The notes beneath the pieces were generated by a model. That model saw nothing but the letters and a program-made list of their open reading frames with translations. It was not told the DNA's origin and made no database searches. A stretch of 63,243 bases of DNA, counting the filler, from Calcarisporiella thermophila CBS 279.70 (Eukaryota; Fungi; Calcarisporiellomycota), in NCBI RefSeq assembly GCF_041956535.1. It is 9 parts of 9 records of this genome, joined end to end, with 100 filler letters (N's around TTAATTAATTAA, not from the genome) between each part and the next. Parts side by side here need not be neighbours in the genome. Positions count along the whole stretch, not along the records: positions 1 to 12,833 come from NW_027192236.1; positions 12,934 to 15,813 come from NW_027192198.1; 7 more parts are not named here. The stretch is one strand, 5' to 3'. Made by a program: the position numbers and the translations under genes. How positions within the stretch are numbered: the stretch's first letter is position 1; every line of letters begins with the position of its first letter. Shown piece by piece: positions 1 through 13,494 of this stretch.

Positions 1-1818
1 CAACAGAGGTGTTGTGTGGAAGATTGGAAGGTGTTGAGATAATGTACGTATCCCGCTTATCCGATTACTATCCTAAGTCCTCCTTTGCAACAACCCAAGA
101 TTCTTGGACATTCCAAGACCATCATTCTCGCATTCCGGAATGAGGTAAATATTCAAGAGGTAATCAAAGATGGCTTTTACGCTAATAATCTGAAAGTCCC
201 GTGTTACAAGACTCTCTCCACGTCCCAGAGAGTGTTAAAGATTAGAATTAACGACCTCCCTGGTCAGGAAGAGGAATCCCTCAGGGGAAAATTGGAAGCA
301 GCCTTGTCCAAGTATGCTCGAGTCATTCAGATCGACTTCCAATACTATGGCAACACGGGGTGGTTACAAGACTACTGCTACGCCATACTTGAGCCGAACC
401 CTGAAACCATGGAACCTTTAGAAAACCTTCTACCTCGCCAGCTATCCATCGATGAGGACAAGATATCACATCCAGCGACCTACAACAAACCCTCAGAATA
501 GCTAGAAACTTCTATCAAACATTATACTCGCAGAATGTGACCAACAAAGAAGATCAAAGAAGCTTCCTACCCTACACCCTCCCAAAGATTCCAACCGAGA
601 AAATGGCACACCTGGAGAGCAGATTTAGTGAGAAGGAAATAGGAATAGCACTAAGATACGCACCAAAAAATAAGTGCCCCGGACCAGATGGCCTACCTTT
701 CGAATTTCTCCAAACTTTTAGCCACATTCTGACGCCTTTCCTAACGAAAGTATTTAACGCAATCCTCTCCGGTCAGAACGAAGCCCTAGGAAAATACACG
801 CTACTAACACTCATACACAAAAAGAAGGGCGACCCGAAAGATCTAAAGAATTGGAGACCTATCAGCCTAATAAATTGCGACGCAAAGCTCATGACAAGGA
901 TAATAGCCTTCAGAATCCAACCGGCGATGAAAACCATTATTAACCCATCACAGACTGGCTTTATCAGAGGGAGAAACATATCTGAAAACACCATGACCAT
1001 CAACCAAATACTCAACCTCGCAAAGATAGAGGAATTAAACGGGGCGCTCATTCTTCTAGACAACGAAAAAGCGTATGATAGGATAGACCGAGGTTGGCTC
1101 ATGGAATGCCTTAGAGCCTTCGGGTTCGGGGCGAAGTTTACACGCCTAATCGCATCCATATACAAGGAAAACACAGCGGCAGTCATAACAATCACATCAC
1201 CCTACCCTTTCCGGTCAATCAAGGAGTACGTCAGGGCGACCCTTTATCACCCCTGCTCTATAACATTGCCATAGAACCCCTTCTGATAAAATTAAGAGCC
1301 AACCTTACTGGAATCACTATCCCGAGAGTCACTAGCATCGTCACCACAGCCTTCGCGGATGATATTACAGTTGCGGTAGCAAACCGGCAAGACATAGACA
1401 CCCTCTCAAAGACACTCACCGATTTCCAGAGAGCTTCTAACTCCAAAATCAATTACCACAAGTCAGAACCCGTCCCTCTATCATCGCCAGCCAGAGCAAC
1501 CCTTTCGCCACCATGTGACTTCATCCATGAAGAAGGGACATTCACTCTTCTTGGAATATCTACCAACCGATGATCGAACCCGAGGCACACGCCCTAGTCG
1601 CAAGGAACCCTGACAGATACTCGAGGGAATTCAGAGAACATTATCTCGATCTTCACCTACTATGGAGGAGAAAGCTGCTCCACCTAGACGAACGACTTGC
1701 TGAGACTCTCACACAGCGAATCCCCCCTGTTGGTAACAAACACAAATACCCTTCCATTCACTTCAGATAAAAATCATCAAGTGGATGTAAAAAATACACC
1801 TCAAGGGAGGAAAAAAAA
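1..1818 (+). mobile_element. Degenerate, internally deleted non-LTR retrotransposon (LINE): ORF1/Gag fragment joined to RT fragment
   Basis: ORF 85-501 resembles a LINE ORF1 (LKIRINDLP...LSKYARVIQI). 537-1274 has RT motifs KCPGPDG, WRPISLIN, QTGF and DNEKAYDR. After a frameshift the frame continues QGVRQGDPLSPLLYNI and AFADD (about 1219-1363). The endonuclease domain is missing. Short A-run at about 1811-1818. Confidence 0.9.
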
Positions 1819-1844
1819 CCATTCTTTTCTAGTACCAATTTATG

Positions 1845-2535
1845 TACTATTTTAAACTTTGATATACTATTCCTTTTGAAATCTCTTTTCATTTCAATGC
1901 TTTTAATCGAGCTTGCTTTGCATTATCTTTTTATGGTTTCATTGGTATGTAATGGTGAGGCTTTATGTTGACATGTTTCGCTCGAGTTATCACAGCTGAT
2001 CTAGCATACTCTAGTTCTTCTAGACGTTGCACGGTCTGTTCCTTATGTTCCTCGGGCGAGCCATCCCATAAGTACGGTACTGTATTGTCGCCAGTAATGC
2101 AAGGCTCACGTCCAAGACGGAACAATTTAATGGTGCATTCGGAAAAATATTGATAAAGTATGTTAAGAGTGCCACTCACAAGTGGGATGTCTTCGTCAAC
2201 CAAGCCCTATTTGCATTACGTATACGTGCACATTCTACTATTATGTACTCGCCATTCTACCTTGTATATGGATGTGAGACCTGTATTCCTGGCGACACCA
2301 TAGCACCATTATGGGAAGATTCACCCGAGCACCATAAGAAACAGACTGCGCAACGTCTAGAAGAACTAGAGTATGCTAGATCAGCTGTGATAACTCGAGC
2401 GAAACATGTCAAAATAAAGCCTCACCATTACATACCAATGAAACCATAAAAAGATAATGCAAAGCAAGCTCGATTAAAAGCATTGAAAAGAAAAGAGATT
2501 TCAAAAGGAATAGTATATCAAAGTTTAACATAGTA
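1845..2535. repeat. Long inverted duplication of an LTR-retrotransposon integrase C-terminal fragment
   Basis: ORFs 1931-2203(-) and 2150-2449(+) end in the same peptide QRLEELEYARSAVITRAKHV(N/K)IKPHHYIPMKP. WD...ALFALR...HST..YSPFYLVYG is the Ty3/Gypsy integrase signature. Confidence 0.85.
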
Positions 2536-4639
2536 TAAACCAAGGCTCTCACGAGTGCTCTCTGAACCTACTGAGCTTGTTTCCGAATTAATCTATGGTC
2601 ATGTCACAGACTATTAGACGAATTCAAAAGGCCCGCATTCTATTGTGAATTAAAACAGTGCTATAATTTTTTGTTCGTCGGAGCCTCATAATTTCTAATA
2701 TTGTCGACATTTTGACATATTAGTTATACTTAAATCGGATATTATTAACAAATTAATGAGATCGTCACCTCACCCATTTTCAAGTTATTTAATTTTTCCC
2801 CATGATCTGTTTAATGACTTGGTTGTAAGTTTTCTAGTAAATATTTGCCCCAAATTTCAATAATTAGCTCTGGAATGATTCTTTCCAATAGAGTAGATAA
2901 TAATAGGGACACTAATTTTAGAAGTGTATATTTATTTAAAGCGGCAGTGGTTTTAAAACTCTGCAAGCAGCTGCAATCGCAGACAACCTGACCTGTTCCA
3001 TTGTTTTTCGCCCATTATAGTACCTATAAAAAATTCATGAACTCTACAATAGGCGTAACTATAGTAAATGCATGCATCTTGATTTACTAAGTTAATCCAG
3101 AAGAAATTAATAAAAAGGTGAAGAAAAATGTTATTTTACCAATGATTAAGTATAAAACGGTTATTCGCAAAAGCTATAATAATGCTCCAAAGTCTTACTC
3201 TCTATAGGTGATGAGTTAAATGATAATCCGCTACTGCCTTCTGTCTCTGAGTGAAGAAACAAAAAAGCGATATAGTATCGTCTTATTGGATCATGTCTGT
3301 TTTCAGGAATTGCGGATGAATATGAATGTGCAAACATCCACATTTTCTGAAAACATTTGTTAAACTTCAAAAAGCAAATGATATCTTGTGGGAAAAGGGG
3401 GACAGGACCAAAATTCCAGTTCAGAATAGTTAGGGCTCTACTTAGCATGGCAAAAAGGCTTGGGTAAAAACTTGGAAAAAGGAACCTGTATAACAAGCCC
3501 CTGCGCCTTCAATTACTCAAAACCCAGGACGGAAATTAGAAATTAACATTCCATTAATCATTTATTTATGACTCTTACTTATTCAACCTTTATCACTTTA
3601 TTAAGATACGCATATATCCAAAATGAAATTATTTCACGAGTAGTCTAGTAAAATACTAAAATATCATTTGAGAATGACATGATGAATTGACTTTGATATG
3701 ATATGAATTTGCTTTTTGTTTAATCTACTTTCTATCGAAGAAATTATTAGGCGTGATCCATAAGCTCAATAGGATTTCTCCCACAAACTGAACCTAAGCA
3801 CATCGAAGTGTACCTTCCCCAATATTCTATTTTCTTTAAGCGGATAGAAGAAATAGTCAACCAAGCTGAATCTACCCGGGGGTAAAATCGGGTATATGTG
3901 GATATTTCGATGGTGCTAGGATAGGGTCCAGTTTTCTCTTTCTTACGTCAATACTGGGAATTTTAGAGGTCTTGTTTTTGGTGAAGTCGGCAATCGTTTT
4001 CTTTTGTTTTTCTCCATCTATGTTTTAAATGCCGAACATGTTTTGCATTCGTTTCTTGTTTGTTTTAACACTTTCATAAATTATTCTTCCTGAAAAAGGG
4101 CTCTTCCATTTAGAACAGGCTGATATCCACATTCCACGAAAACCCTGTAATGGCAATCCCTATCAAATTTTCTCAAACTTCGTTTTCTTCTTGGAAAGAT
4201 ACTTTTATATCGCCGACACATCCGTTTCAATATGTCATTATGTATGCCCTACTGTATGGATCTGATTGTGAAAGTAGGGACCAAAGTTGTACAGCATATA
4301 ATCCTTTTGTTTTAGATCAGGGTAGTTTTTTTTTTTGAGTCCATTACTTTAGAAGAACTGGGGTTGGACAAAGGCTTACTGTTTGTGGCTTTTTATTTGT
4401 AGCTGATTTAAAATTGTATAAATATCAGTTCGTTCGGAAAATAAATCGAAGATCTATATTGGTGACACAAAAAAAAGGATCTATTCAGTCGATCTTATTT
4501 TCTTGAAATTGTTTAACAACTATTATTTGTCTCACTGCGCAATCTCGCGTATATATATATCTGTATCTTCCAAACTCATTTTACACTCGTTTCTATAAAG
4601 ATATACCCTACGTTTCGTCAAGTATGTTCTTTTAAGAAG

Positions 4640-7600
4640 ATGACTATCGTTCAGGAAAATGAAAATGAAACGGTAATGATCGATTCTGCCACGAAATTTC
4701 CTTTTTAGCGAATATTTCCAGTGCTATATGCAAGAAATTTTATTTAATTCGATTGACTTTTATTTGATCTGTCATTTTTGTTATTGATAACAGCGGATAG
4801 AAATGGGCGAGCCCGATAATGGCACCGATGCTACTTCCTCCAGTGCTCTAAAGGCAGACGAGACTAGAGAAGATAGTCGTGATGGCTATCACCCTATCCG
4901 AATATCTGGGCAATCCCCACAACAAAGAAAATCAAATGGAACAAGACCTAAAAAGCTTTCAGCGCATCATAACCAAGCTGCTGAGGATGATTTTCAAGTA
5001 GTTGAAAATCGGCGAGGGTAAGAAATTATACTTTTAATTAGATATTAAATAATAGCATACTAATATCACACCTTTAAGATTTTTTGATATCAAAGCTTCA
5101 TCGTTATCAGCCAATGGTCCAAGCAGCATGTATAACTCTGGAGGCTCAGAAGGTATTGAGAGAAGGTCTGTGGATATAGAAGAGTTAAACTGGGATGACA
5201 ATATCCAAACTACTACAAGCCGCAACCCCTCTCCAACGCCAAGTGAATATGATAAATGTCCAAATCCAACTCCTGTCGAAAAGATCAATGCAAAGCAACA
5301 CAGAATACATCATCGTCTTCATGCCAAATTTATCAAAAGCCTCACCACGGAGAAAATGTGGCATATTCATAAATCTGCTGTTGCTTATACTCTGGTTTCG
5401 CTCTTGACCTTGATTGCACCGGTCGCGAAATGGTTAGGGCCTTTCTCATTCATGTCAGTCTTGGGAATTGTTTATCTCAATCCTGCTCGAACAGTCGGTG
5501 CACAACTAGAGGCTAGTCTCCTTGGAGTGTTTGGGTGTGTCATCGCATGCATCTACTGTATGGCTATACGAGCACTTACCGCATACGTCAATATGAACAA
5601 TCCAGGTAGCTACGCCGGGCGTTGGGTACTCGCAATAGCCCTGTTTGTATTTGTATTTTGTGTAACCTACGCTCGCATTACCTGGGCACGATTATTTGCA
5701 TTCTGGCTCTACACAACCATCATCGCTATATGGGCGTTAACTCGAGACGTTGATGAGACAGTGACAAATCCTCGCGATGAACTTGATCTCTCTCTACCGA
5801 TTGTTTGTGGGATACTAATCACTCTAGCTGTAAATATTTTGGTGCATCCTGAAATGGCGACGCAACGACTTGGCAAAAAGTTGAACGAAACACTTGGACG
5901 CTGTCTCCGTGTTCTTAACTATACGACAGCTGCTTTCCTCCTACATCCATCTGCCCGCAATATCTCATTGGAAACGATCATTACTGAGGCAGAGGCTATG
6001 CGAATCGCATTTGGGCAGCTATCGGATGCGTACTACGAGGCTCGCAACGAACTTTCGTATTCTTGTTTTAATCCTACCGACATTAAGCCCATCAAAATTA
6101 GAATATCGGCTCTGATTCAACACCTCTCAAGCATGGTACTCAGTTTACGTAACCAAAAGACACTTGTTGAGGAAGTGAGAGGTTTGGCTCAAGCTGTTGG
6201 GGCAAATGAGGACATCATTAAGACTTTGTTAACGGTCGAGGAGTTACGGAGACATATGATGGAGATTGAGATGGAGGACGAGGGGGGAATGACCGAGATC
6301 CGCAGAAGTCAATCTGGGATGACACATCGTACATTGGATAAGGGGAAATCTGCACAATCTATACTAAACTTTACTTCTCTGGTCGAAAGGCCGCCTTCTG
6401 CCTCTGTAAAGATCGTAGAGCCAAATCCCGAGAGAGAAATCAACGGCGAAGGGAAATGCGATGAACGGATTAACCCATCAACGCCCTCGATTAGATCCCA
6501 AGCACGCACTCCCTATTACCAGAACTACGGAAATGAGAATTCCCGAATTGACGATTGCGAACAAAACGATTTTATAGAATATCTCGATTCCGAAAACGAT
6601 GTCTCGGAAAAGAAATGGCCATCTTGGAAGTATCTTAGCAAAATTTCATGCCAATCTTCATCACGCTGGGATACTAGTTCAAGTGTGACAATGGACGAGA
6701 CTTCGCAATACTCCACTTCGCGCTGGTCAATGGCTGCTCTCAGTGGAATACCGAAGAAGGAGATTTCTTTTGGGGATAGGCGATTGTTGCTTTTATATCT
6801 CAGAGGGTAGGCGCAGTTTAAAAGCACTATTTATCGAATAGACTTAACTTTAGATATAAATAGTGTTAATGAACCACTCAACAATCTCTCCAATGCATGT
6901 GAATCGACGGTGCAAACAATTCAGCGAGAGCTTGTGCTTGAACTTGGCATTGATAGGAGCCCATGGGATCCAAATACAGGCAGCTCAAGAACAAACATTA
7001 GGAGATCACTGTTCCAGTCGATAGTATACCTTTTTCGTGAATGCTTTCCATGGATATTTCCCTCGCAATTTCTTCCTACATCCGAAAAAACTATGCAGAA
7101 TAGAAAGAACTCGTCAAATTTTCAATCAACCGATATTCAGGTAGACCAAGATAATCAAGGAAATCGCGAGCAAGCCGGTGCTCCTGGTGAAGAGAAATGT
7201 CCTAGACATATTTCCGAGGAGATGGAACAGTTTGATCTTCACACGCGGCAATTTCTGAAACCATATGGATTTTCCGGTGATGATACTGAGGACGAAAAGA
7301 TTAACAATGGTATGGTAGATGTACAGCCTTGCGAAGAACTTTTCCTAGTGTTCTCTTTTATGTTTTCTTTACGTGAAGCGGCGCAGGAGTTGACGAATCT
7401 CTCTGAATATGTAAAGACTTTGAAAGAGAAAATGGAGCGAGGTTCTCAAGAGTACGGGGGCAAAGCTAAACGAAAACGCTGGTGGTGGCCACGAATTAGA
7501 TTGAGCAGTTGGATATCTTTAGAAGGCCAATCACAAAAATCGATTCAGGGAGGGACGACTCCTGGATATTTTGATAGAGCTGGAGAAGCATATGGTGATG

Positions 7601-9425
7601 GAGATAATGATAATTTGAATGGTCAAGAAGGGAGAGTAGGGAAGACCTCAGCATCAGCGAAATCCTCTGTTCGATCCTTTAATGGTGATACGCTACGGAA
7701 AAGAAAGTCACGAGATCTAATATCCAGCCGTGCAAGCATTTATTGCTCTGATATGCGACTAAAAGGTCCGAGTCCAGCAGTATTAACGACCGCACTTGTA
7801 GCCCGGCAGCCACTTTGGCTCACTTATCTACGACATCGAATATGGCGCTCAACTTTCGTATTTTATAGCTATCAGTTTCGGTTTGCTCTCAAGACTGCAG
7901 CTTGTATTCTGCTACTTTCTTTACCGGCATATTTTGATCAGACCATGAAGATATTCATGCAGTGGCGAGGACAATGGGCTGCTATATCGGCAATTAATGT
8001 TATCAATCCGACAGTAGCTGCAACAATTAATGTTAGTCTGATGCGTCTCGCGGGCACGGTTATTGGGGCTACTTGGGCAAATCTCAGCTGGATTATTGAC
8101 AACCATAATCCTTACGTGATCCTTGTCATGGAGATAATTTTATGTAAGATAATAACTACTCATAATGCATTCATTTGACAACTTATCTTTTTATCTATTT
8201 TCTCCTCGTTAAGCATATGTTCTTTGGTATATCTTCTTTGTGCACAGCAATCTGGCTGGAACGGTGGGCCTTATTACCTACGCAGTAGTCATTTTTAGCA
8301 GTTATGTTCTAGTCAATCAACCCAATGTTCCTATGGAGTCTGTTACTGATATTGGGTGGCAACGAGCAAGTACGGTTGCAATCGGTATTGTTGTGGCGAC
8401 ACTATTAAGTTGGACAATTTGGCCATATAGAGCAGGGTAAATAGATTTCTACTCTAATCATATCTCGGATCATTGGATTGATTTTAATGTTGCAACTGCT
8501 TAGCGAGGCACTAAGAAAATCGCTCGCCAACCAACTCTATCGTCTAGGAATTCTCATGAATAATATGGTGGCAATGACAATGACCGGCAGTTTACAGCAG
8601 TGGGAAAATGGCCAAAAACAGAAGAATCCTTTTCAACAGGAGGAAAAAAATATCCAACTTGAAGTTCTACGATCCATGGAGTTAATAAGACTTGCCACAC
8701 TTGAGCCACAGATTGCAGGCCCATTCCCGCGCGAGTTTTATAATGGAATTATAAATTCGATTCAAAGTATATTAAACAGGCTCTTTTCCATGCGAGTTGC
8801 AATGCAGAATATTATGCCCGAGGTGCTCCGAGAAATTGTGACACCAATGGCTACATATAATCGTGATATGGTAAGATATAGTTTTATGCGATATTTGGCT
8901 CTTTTAATAATATAGTATCTACTATGTGATGATACAGATAGCTTCTATGCTCCTTTGTTTCTATGTGCTTGCTGGCTCTCTGCGCAATCGTGTTCCTTTG
9001 CCGCCATATCTACCTTCTGCTCGCCTTGCACGCATAAGATTCATTAACAAACTACGCACAATTTCCAATACCATTGCTCCTGACAGTCCAATCGCTATGG
9101 ATAACCAAGTTAAATTGCTCAGCTACCCATTGTTATATTGGTATGCAGCGTCTTCATGCACGGAAGATGTAAGTATTCATATTAAATTACGAAATGTATA
9201 TATTTCTCTCATTTATTTTATCCTATCGTGTTTTAGATCATTGAAGAACTAGAAACCTTAGGGTTACTACTCCGAGAGTTAACAAATGAAGATTCTTTTG
9301 CGAGGATGGGTGTGCACCATACGGGTTATTACTCATTTCCCATCGATTGTGCTCCTGATAATCAGCATCAAGCTTATAAAAATGAATATCCGCAGTTCAA
9401 GGACAACAAGAAAGTAAATGCATGA
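4640..9425 (+). CDS. FUSC/aromatic-acid-exporter (ArAE)-type multi-pass membrane protein, about 8 exons
   Basis: Exons at about 4640-4672, 4794-5017, 5079-6807, 6864-8143, 8213-8436, 8503-8870, 8938-9168 and 9237-9425 with GT..AG introns. Two TM clusters with motifs NPARTVGAQLE, FRFALK, WRGQWA, RLAGTVIGA, IWPYRA and EPQIAGPFP, typical of fungal FUSC_2/ArAE_2 proteins. Confidence 0.85.
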
Positions 9426-10311
9426 GAGAATTAACCACTGGTGCTGTTATATAAGAATATTTCACTTTTCATTTCACCTAAAGTATATACATATATATAC
9501 ATATGTCTATTTAGAATGGCTTAAATGTATGTTTGTATAGATATTTCATTATGTATTTCTGCATTGACATTTTGATACTCTATATTTTGAAATAAATTAT
9601 CTTGTTCGCAATACTAAAAGTTAACATGTTAATATTATCTTTGACTTCTAACCACCCAATTGATTATAGTCCTAAGTACATCATAAAAGATTTATTGATG
9701 CGAAAGAGGTTGAGGGCATTGTATAATTTGAAACTTTCTTTTACGGTGGCTCCTATTAAACATGTATGAATAACGACGTTAATAAGTAAATTTTTTAATG
9801 AAACAAAATATTTTGCCTAATTTATTTATTGTAGACTTCAGTTAAATAGAAGAAACGAAATTCTTATAAAATCCCGAGAGCAGTTTGTAAATACCCTAGA
9901 GTTTACTAAATACTTAAATAACCAGAGTAGCGAGCGAATCAACAAAAATTAAATCACCACAACTCTTTTAGGAATGGAACGCTCATATATTTCTTCATCC
10001 TTTCAGTAGATAATCACAAATGATAAAAGATTTTCAAAACATGTTGGCAATATTGTCTATTTTCGATTATTTAAATATTTATTTTTAAATTTATGGTAGT
10101 CGAATTCCATTAGAAAATCTGAAACTATCGTAAATGAATATCAAGCCACCACTAGTCTAAATCACATAGGTTAAGGCCCCGCTTTTGCATATCGTGATTT
10201 AGGCTAATCATCATAATAAAGTAATAACCCTGGTTCAAATATCAAGGTCAGACTAAAATCCTCTCATGAAGGTCCGTAAGATAAATTTCCAGTTGAACGG
10301 AACAAAACATA

Positions 10312-11737
10312 ATGAGGATACTCCATTATCTACTCATTCTCGGATTAGTCAATAGTAGTTCTCCCGCTACCCAAGATGCACTTGCCATCACAACGTTTTT
10401 TGTCGACATTATTAATTCCACATCTCTGAGTATCCTCAAAGATACCCTTAATAACCCAGACCCCTCAAGAGTTCCAGCTCTTGAAAAGTTTCAAAAAGAT
10501 ATCGAACGAATAATGGAGCAAAACAAGCTATATACTATAACAGAAACCGGGAGAATTCCGCCAAACAGGAACAATCATTATTACTATAGTTTTGCACCAT
10601 ATTGGTGAGCGAAATACATTGCATTGCCTTATCTACACATATAATTTACTCGCATGAATTTCAATTGTATAGGTGGCCAGATTGTCAGGGTATTGAGAAT
10701 GTAACAAATCCCGAAATACAGTGTCCTTATGTGCGCCGAGATGGTAAAGTTTCATTCCATTTATTTATATCTTGTGGCTACTCTTAAAGGTCCTTAATGG
10801 CTTAACTAATCTGCTCATATTCTTAGGTCAAACTAACCCAGACTCAAAAAAGCTGACTTCTAGCTCGATCCTGTATGATTTTATCACAAACTCAACATAT
10901 CTTGCTGTCGCCTACAAACTCTATGAAAATAACGAGTATGCCCAGCGGTTTGAGCATCTTGTTGATACTTTTTTCCTACATCAGAACACATATATGGAAC
11001 CGAATCTCACTTATGCGCAAGTCATCCGAGGTCCTCCTAGTGAGGAGAGTTGGATCGGAAGAAGAGAGGGAATAATTGATACACGACATTTGATCACTTT
11101 CTCATCAGCAATCTCTCTAATAAAAGGGTCAAGTGCGTTCTCATCGGAAAAGGATAGGCAATTGAAGGCCTGGTTTAGAAGGTATGCTTCCTGGGTTGAA
11201 TCTAGTAAGTTAGGGCGCGACGCATGCAATACCAAAAATAACCACGCAACCTACTGTCTCGCACAAAGGGCAGCATACTGGAGCTATGCTGGTGATTATA
11301 CTAGAGCTCGCGCCGCCGTTTATAAATATTTCTCTGGTCCTTTTCACAGCCAGTTTGAGGCGGATGGTTCTCAGCCTGAAGAGCTCGCAAGGTCTATCCC
11401 ACTTCATTACAGTATGAGCAATCTAGAAGCTCTTACAACCCTCGCGAAATTGGGTGAAGCCCTAGGGGTTGATATATGGCATAAATACAATAAAAATGGT
11501 GCGAATATTCAAACGGCAGTTGATTTTGTTTTACCAATGGCTATGAAAGTCGCGAAACTGAATGGTCGTTGGAAAAGTCCCGAAAACCCTGCTCGCTTAA
11601 TCCCGACTCTATATAATGTTATTAGTATATACGGTGACCCCACTGGTATCTACCAGTCTGCCATCCATAAGATCCGTAATGCAACTGATGGGGGGGAATG
11701 TAATAATATACTGCATCTCTGGCGTCCATATGAATAA
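10312..11737 (+). CDS. Secreted alginate lyase family (PF05426-like) polysaccharide lyase, 3 exons
   Basis: N-terminal signal peptide. Spliced motifs YYSFAPYW|WPDC, PYVRRD|GQTNPD, MEPNLTYAQ, GIID, catalytic NNH and DGSQPEELAR..PLHYS. Introns at about 10605-10672 and 10744-10827. Confidence 0.88.
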
Positions 11738-12475
11738 GTGCACACTATGATGTTCGCTAGCTAGAATAGGTGTAAAATCACCTATCTCTCAGGAACAATC
11801 CATCTCTTAGATTCGCACTGTTTCTCTTGTTACAATACTATGAGAGTACCAATTCGATATGTATCATCAAGTAATCACTTGTAAATGAAAAATTGCAGTT
11901 ATATGTGCATTATTGTGTAGAGTTGTGTAAATTTTACTATTTATATAATCTATTTATGATTAATCTCTATTGCGCACGACTCCTCTTACTCATCTTATTT
12001 TATTTATTATCATTACTATCTTGTGCAATTTTCCTAAAGAGATGACGGATTTCACGAAAGCCGTAGATTGTATATTTAATAATATAACAAAAGCGTTGCA
12101 TCAAGCCAGTAGTTTGAAGTTAAGAAATGGATAAAAGGTTGATAAAGGGGAAAAAAGGCTGTTTTTGAGATAAAGGGTAAATATGTTAGTAAGAATAGAG
12201 AAATGAGACGTAGAAATTACATTTTTTAACAAAGCATGTGTACTGAAAATTATCCTATTCTGTTAAAAGAGGTTGAATAGCTTCTACCTCAAAATTACCC
12301 AGGTAATGCTCCTGGTCTGCCTTGTAGAGAAGAATTGCTTGTACCGAAAAAGTTACAGAATAAGAAGTATATATGAAAGTGTTTCATTGACATATTTTAC
12401 TGCATTTCGGAGACGTTGTAACGAAGTAGCTTATAGCTCAATTCCTAGAGTATGTCCTGGTCACATCTCTAGTAC

Positions 12476-12554
12476 TGGCGCCGTCACTGGGATTCGAACC
12501 CAACGCATAATGGTTAAGCTCTGGGCTCTTAACTAGTATGCCATCCAAGGACGC
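12476..12554 (-). pseudogene. tRNA-derived sequence (tRNA retrocopy or SINE head) with encoded CCA
   Basis: Minus strand reads TGGCATACTAGTTAAG (A-box-like) ... TTGGGTTCGAATCCCAG (T-arm/B-box) TGACGGCG-CCA. Acceptor and anticodon arms do not pair well. Confidence 0.5.
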
Positions 12555-12833
12555 GGAATTAATTTTATTTTATTTTTTTTGATCGATCGACGGAGACTTA
12601 GTATCTGTACGGACTTAAAAGAGAAAAATAAGAGATTGGTGAGGAACAACAAGACAAAATGGATGGATTTAAATAAAGATAGGAAATCAGAAAAATGACT
12701 CAAAATAGATGTTCCCAAGGATAAACTAAAAATGCATCTTTCCAAAACAAAGAAACAACAAAAGATCAATAATATAGCACTATATAACCTTATCCCTCGT
12801 CATGTGATGTCGTCGGGTGAACCGGCCTACACT

Positions 12834-12932
12834 NNNNNNNNNNNNNNNNNNNNNNNNNNNNNNNNNNNNNNNNNNNNTTAATTAATTAANNNNNNNNNNN
12901 NNNNNNNNNNNNNNNNNNNNNNNNNNNNNNNN
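12834..12932. other. Artificial assembly linker (also at about 15814, 21473, 42984, 47340, 53319, 56068 and 60168)
   Basis: Identical N-run + TTAATTAATTAA + N-run spacer, which gives stops in all six frames. Confidence 0.97.
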
Positions 12933-13014
12933 NGTCACGAAATCTAAGCCTCTTTTCCTTCTACTGCGCCATAAATCCATATTGTGCCAAATTTCCTCAC
13001 AACAGAACACAACA

Positions 13015-13087
13015 GCTTCGATAGCGCAGTTGGCAGCGCGTGAGTCTCATAATCTCAAGGTCGTGAGTTCGATCCTCACTCGGAGCA
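13015..13087 (+). tRNA. tRNA-Met (elongator, anticodon CAT)
   Basis: 73-nt cloverleaf: GCTTCGA/TCGGAGC acceptor stem, CTCATAA anticodon loop, GTGAG-TTCGATC-CTCAC T-arm. Downstream T-run terminator. Confidence 0.95.
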
Positions 13088-13494
13088 ATAATATTCGGCG
13101 TTTAATTTGTCTTTTTTTAATTTGATATCAATATTGTCATAATTGTATGGTACAATGAGACGAGTCGTCTCTCATTGTACCATAAAAGTCCCTAATTGAA
13201 TTCATCAGTATTGTTTGCCACGTTCTTTAATACCACTTTTTTGCTTTTGTTTTATTTTTTCCTAAGTACTATAACACCCAAATTATAAGTCAGGCTAAAC
13301 TTCCTATCTTACGATCAGTCAACAGGCAAAAACATTTCGAACCCAACATTCCCCGGTTCCACTTGACTATTTAGTTCGATGACAACAAATGCCTTTTTTT
13401 TATCAGTATGAAGAATAACTTAACTCCTAAGTATCCGCATATTTCTATCGTAAACTCAAAAAACTGTTACACTCAGCCTTTAACATACATTTAT

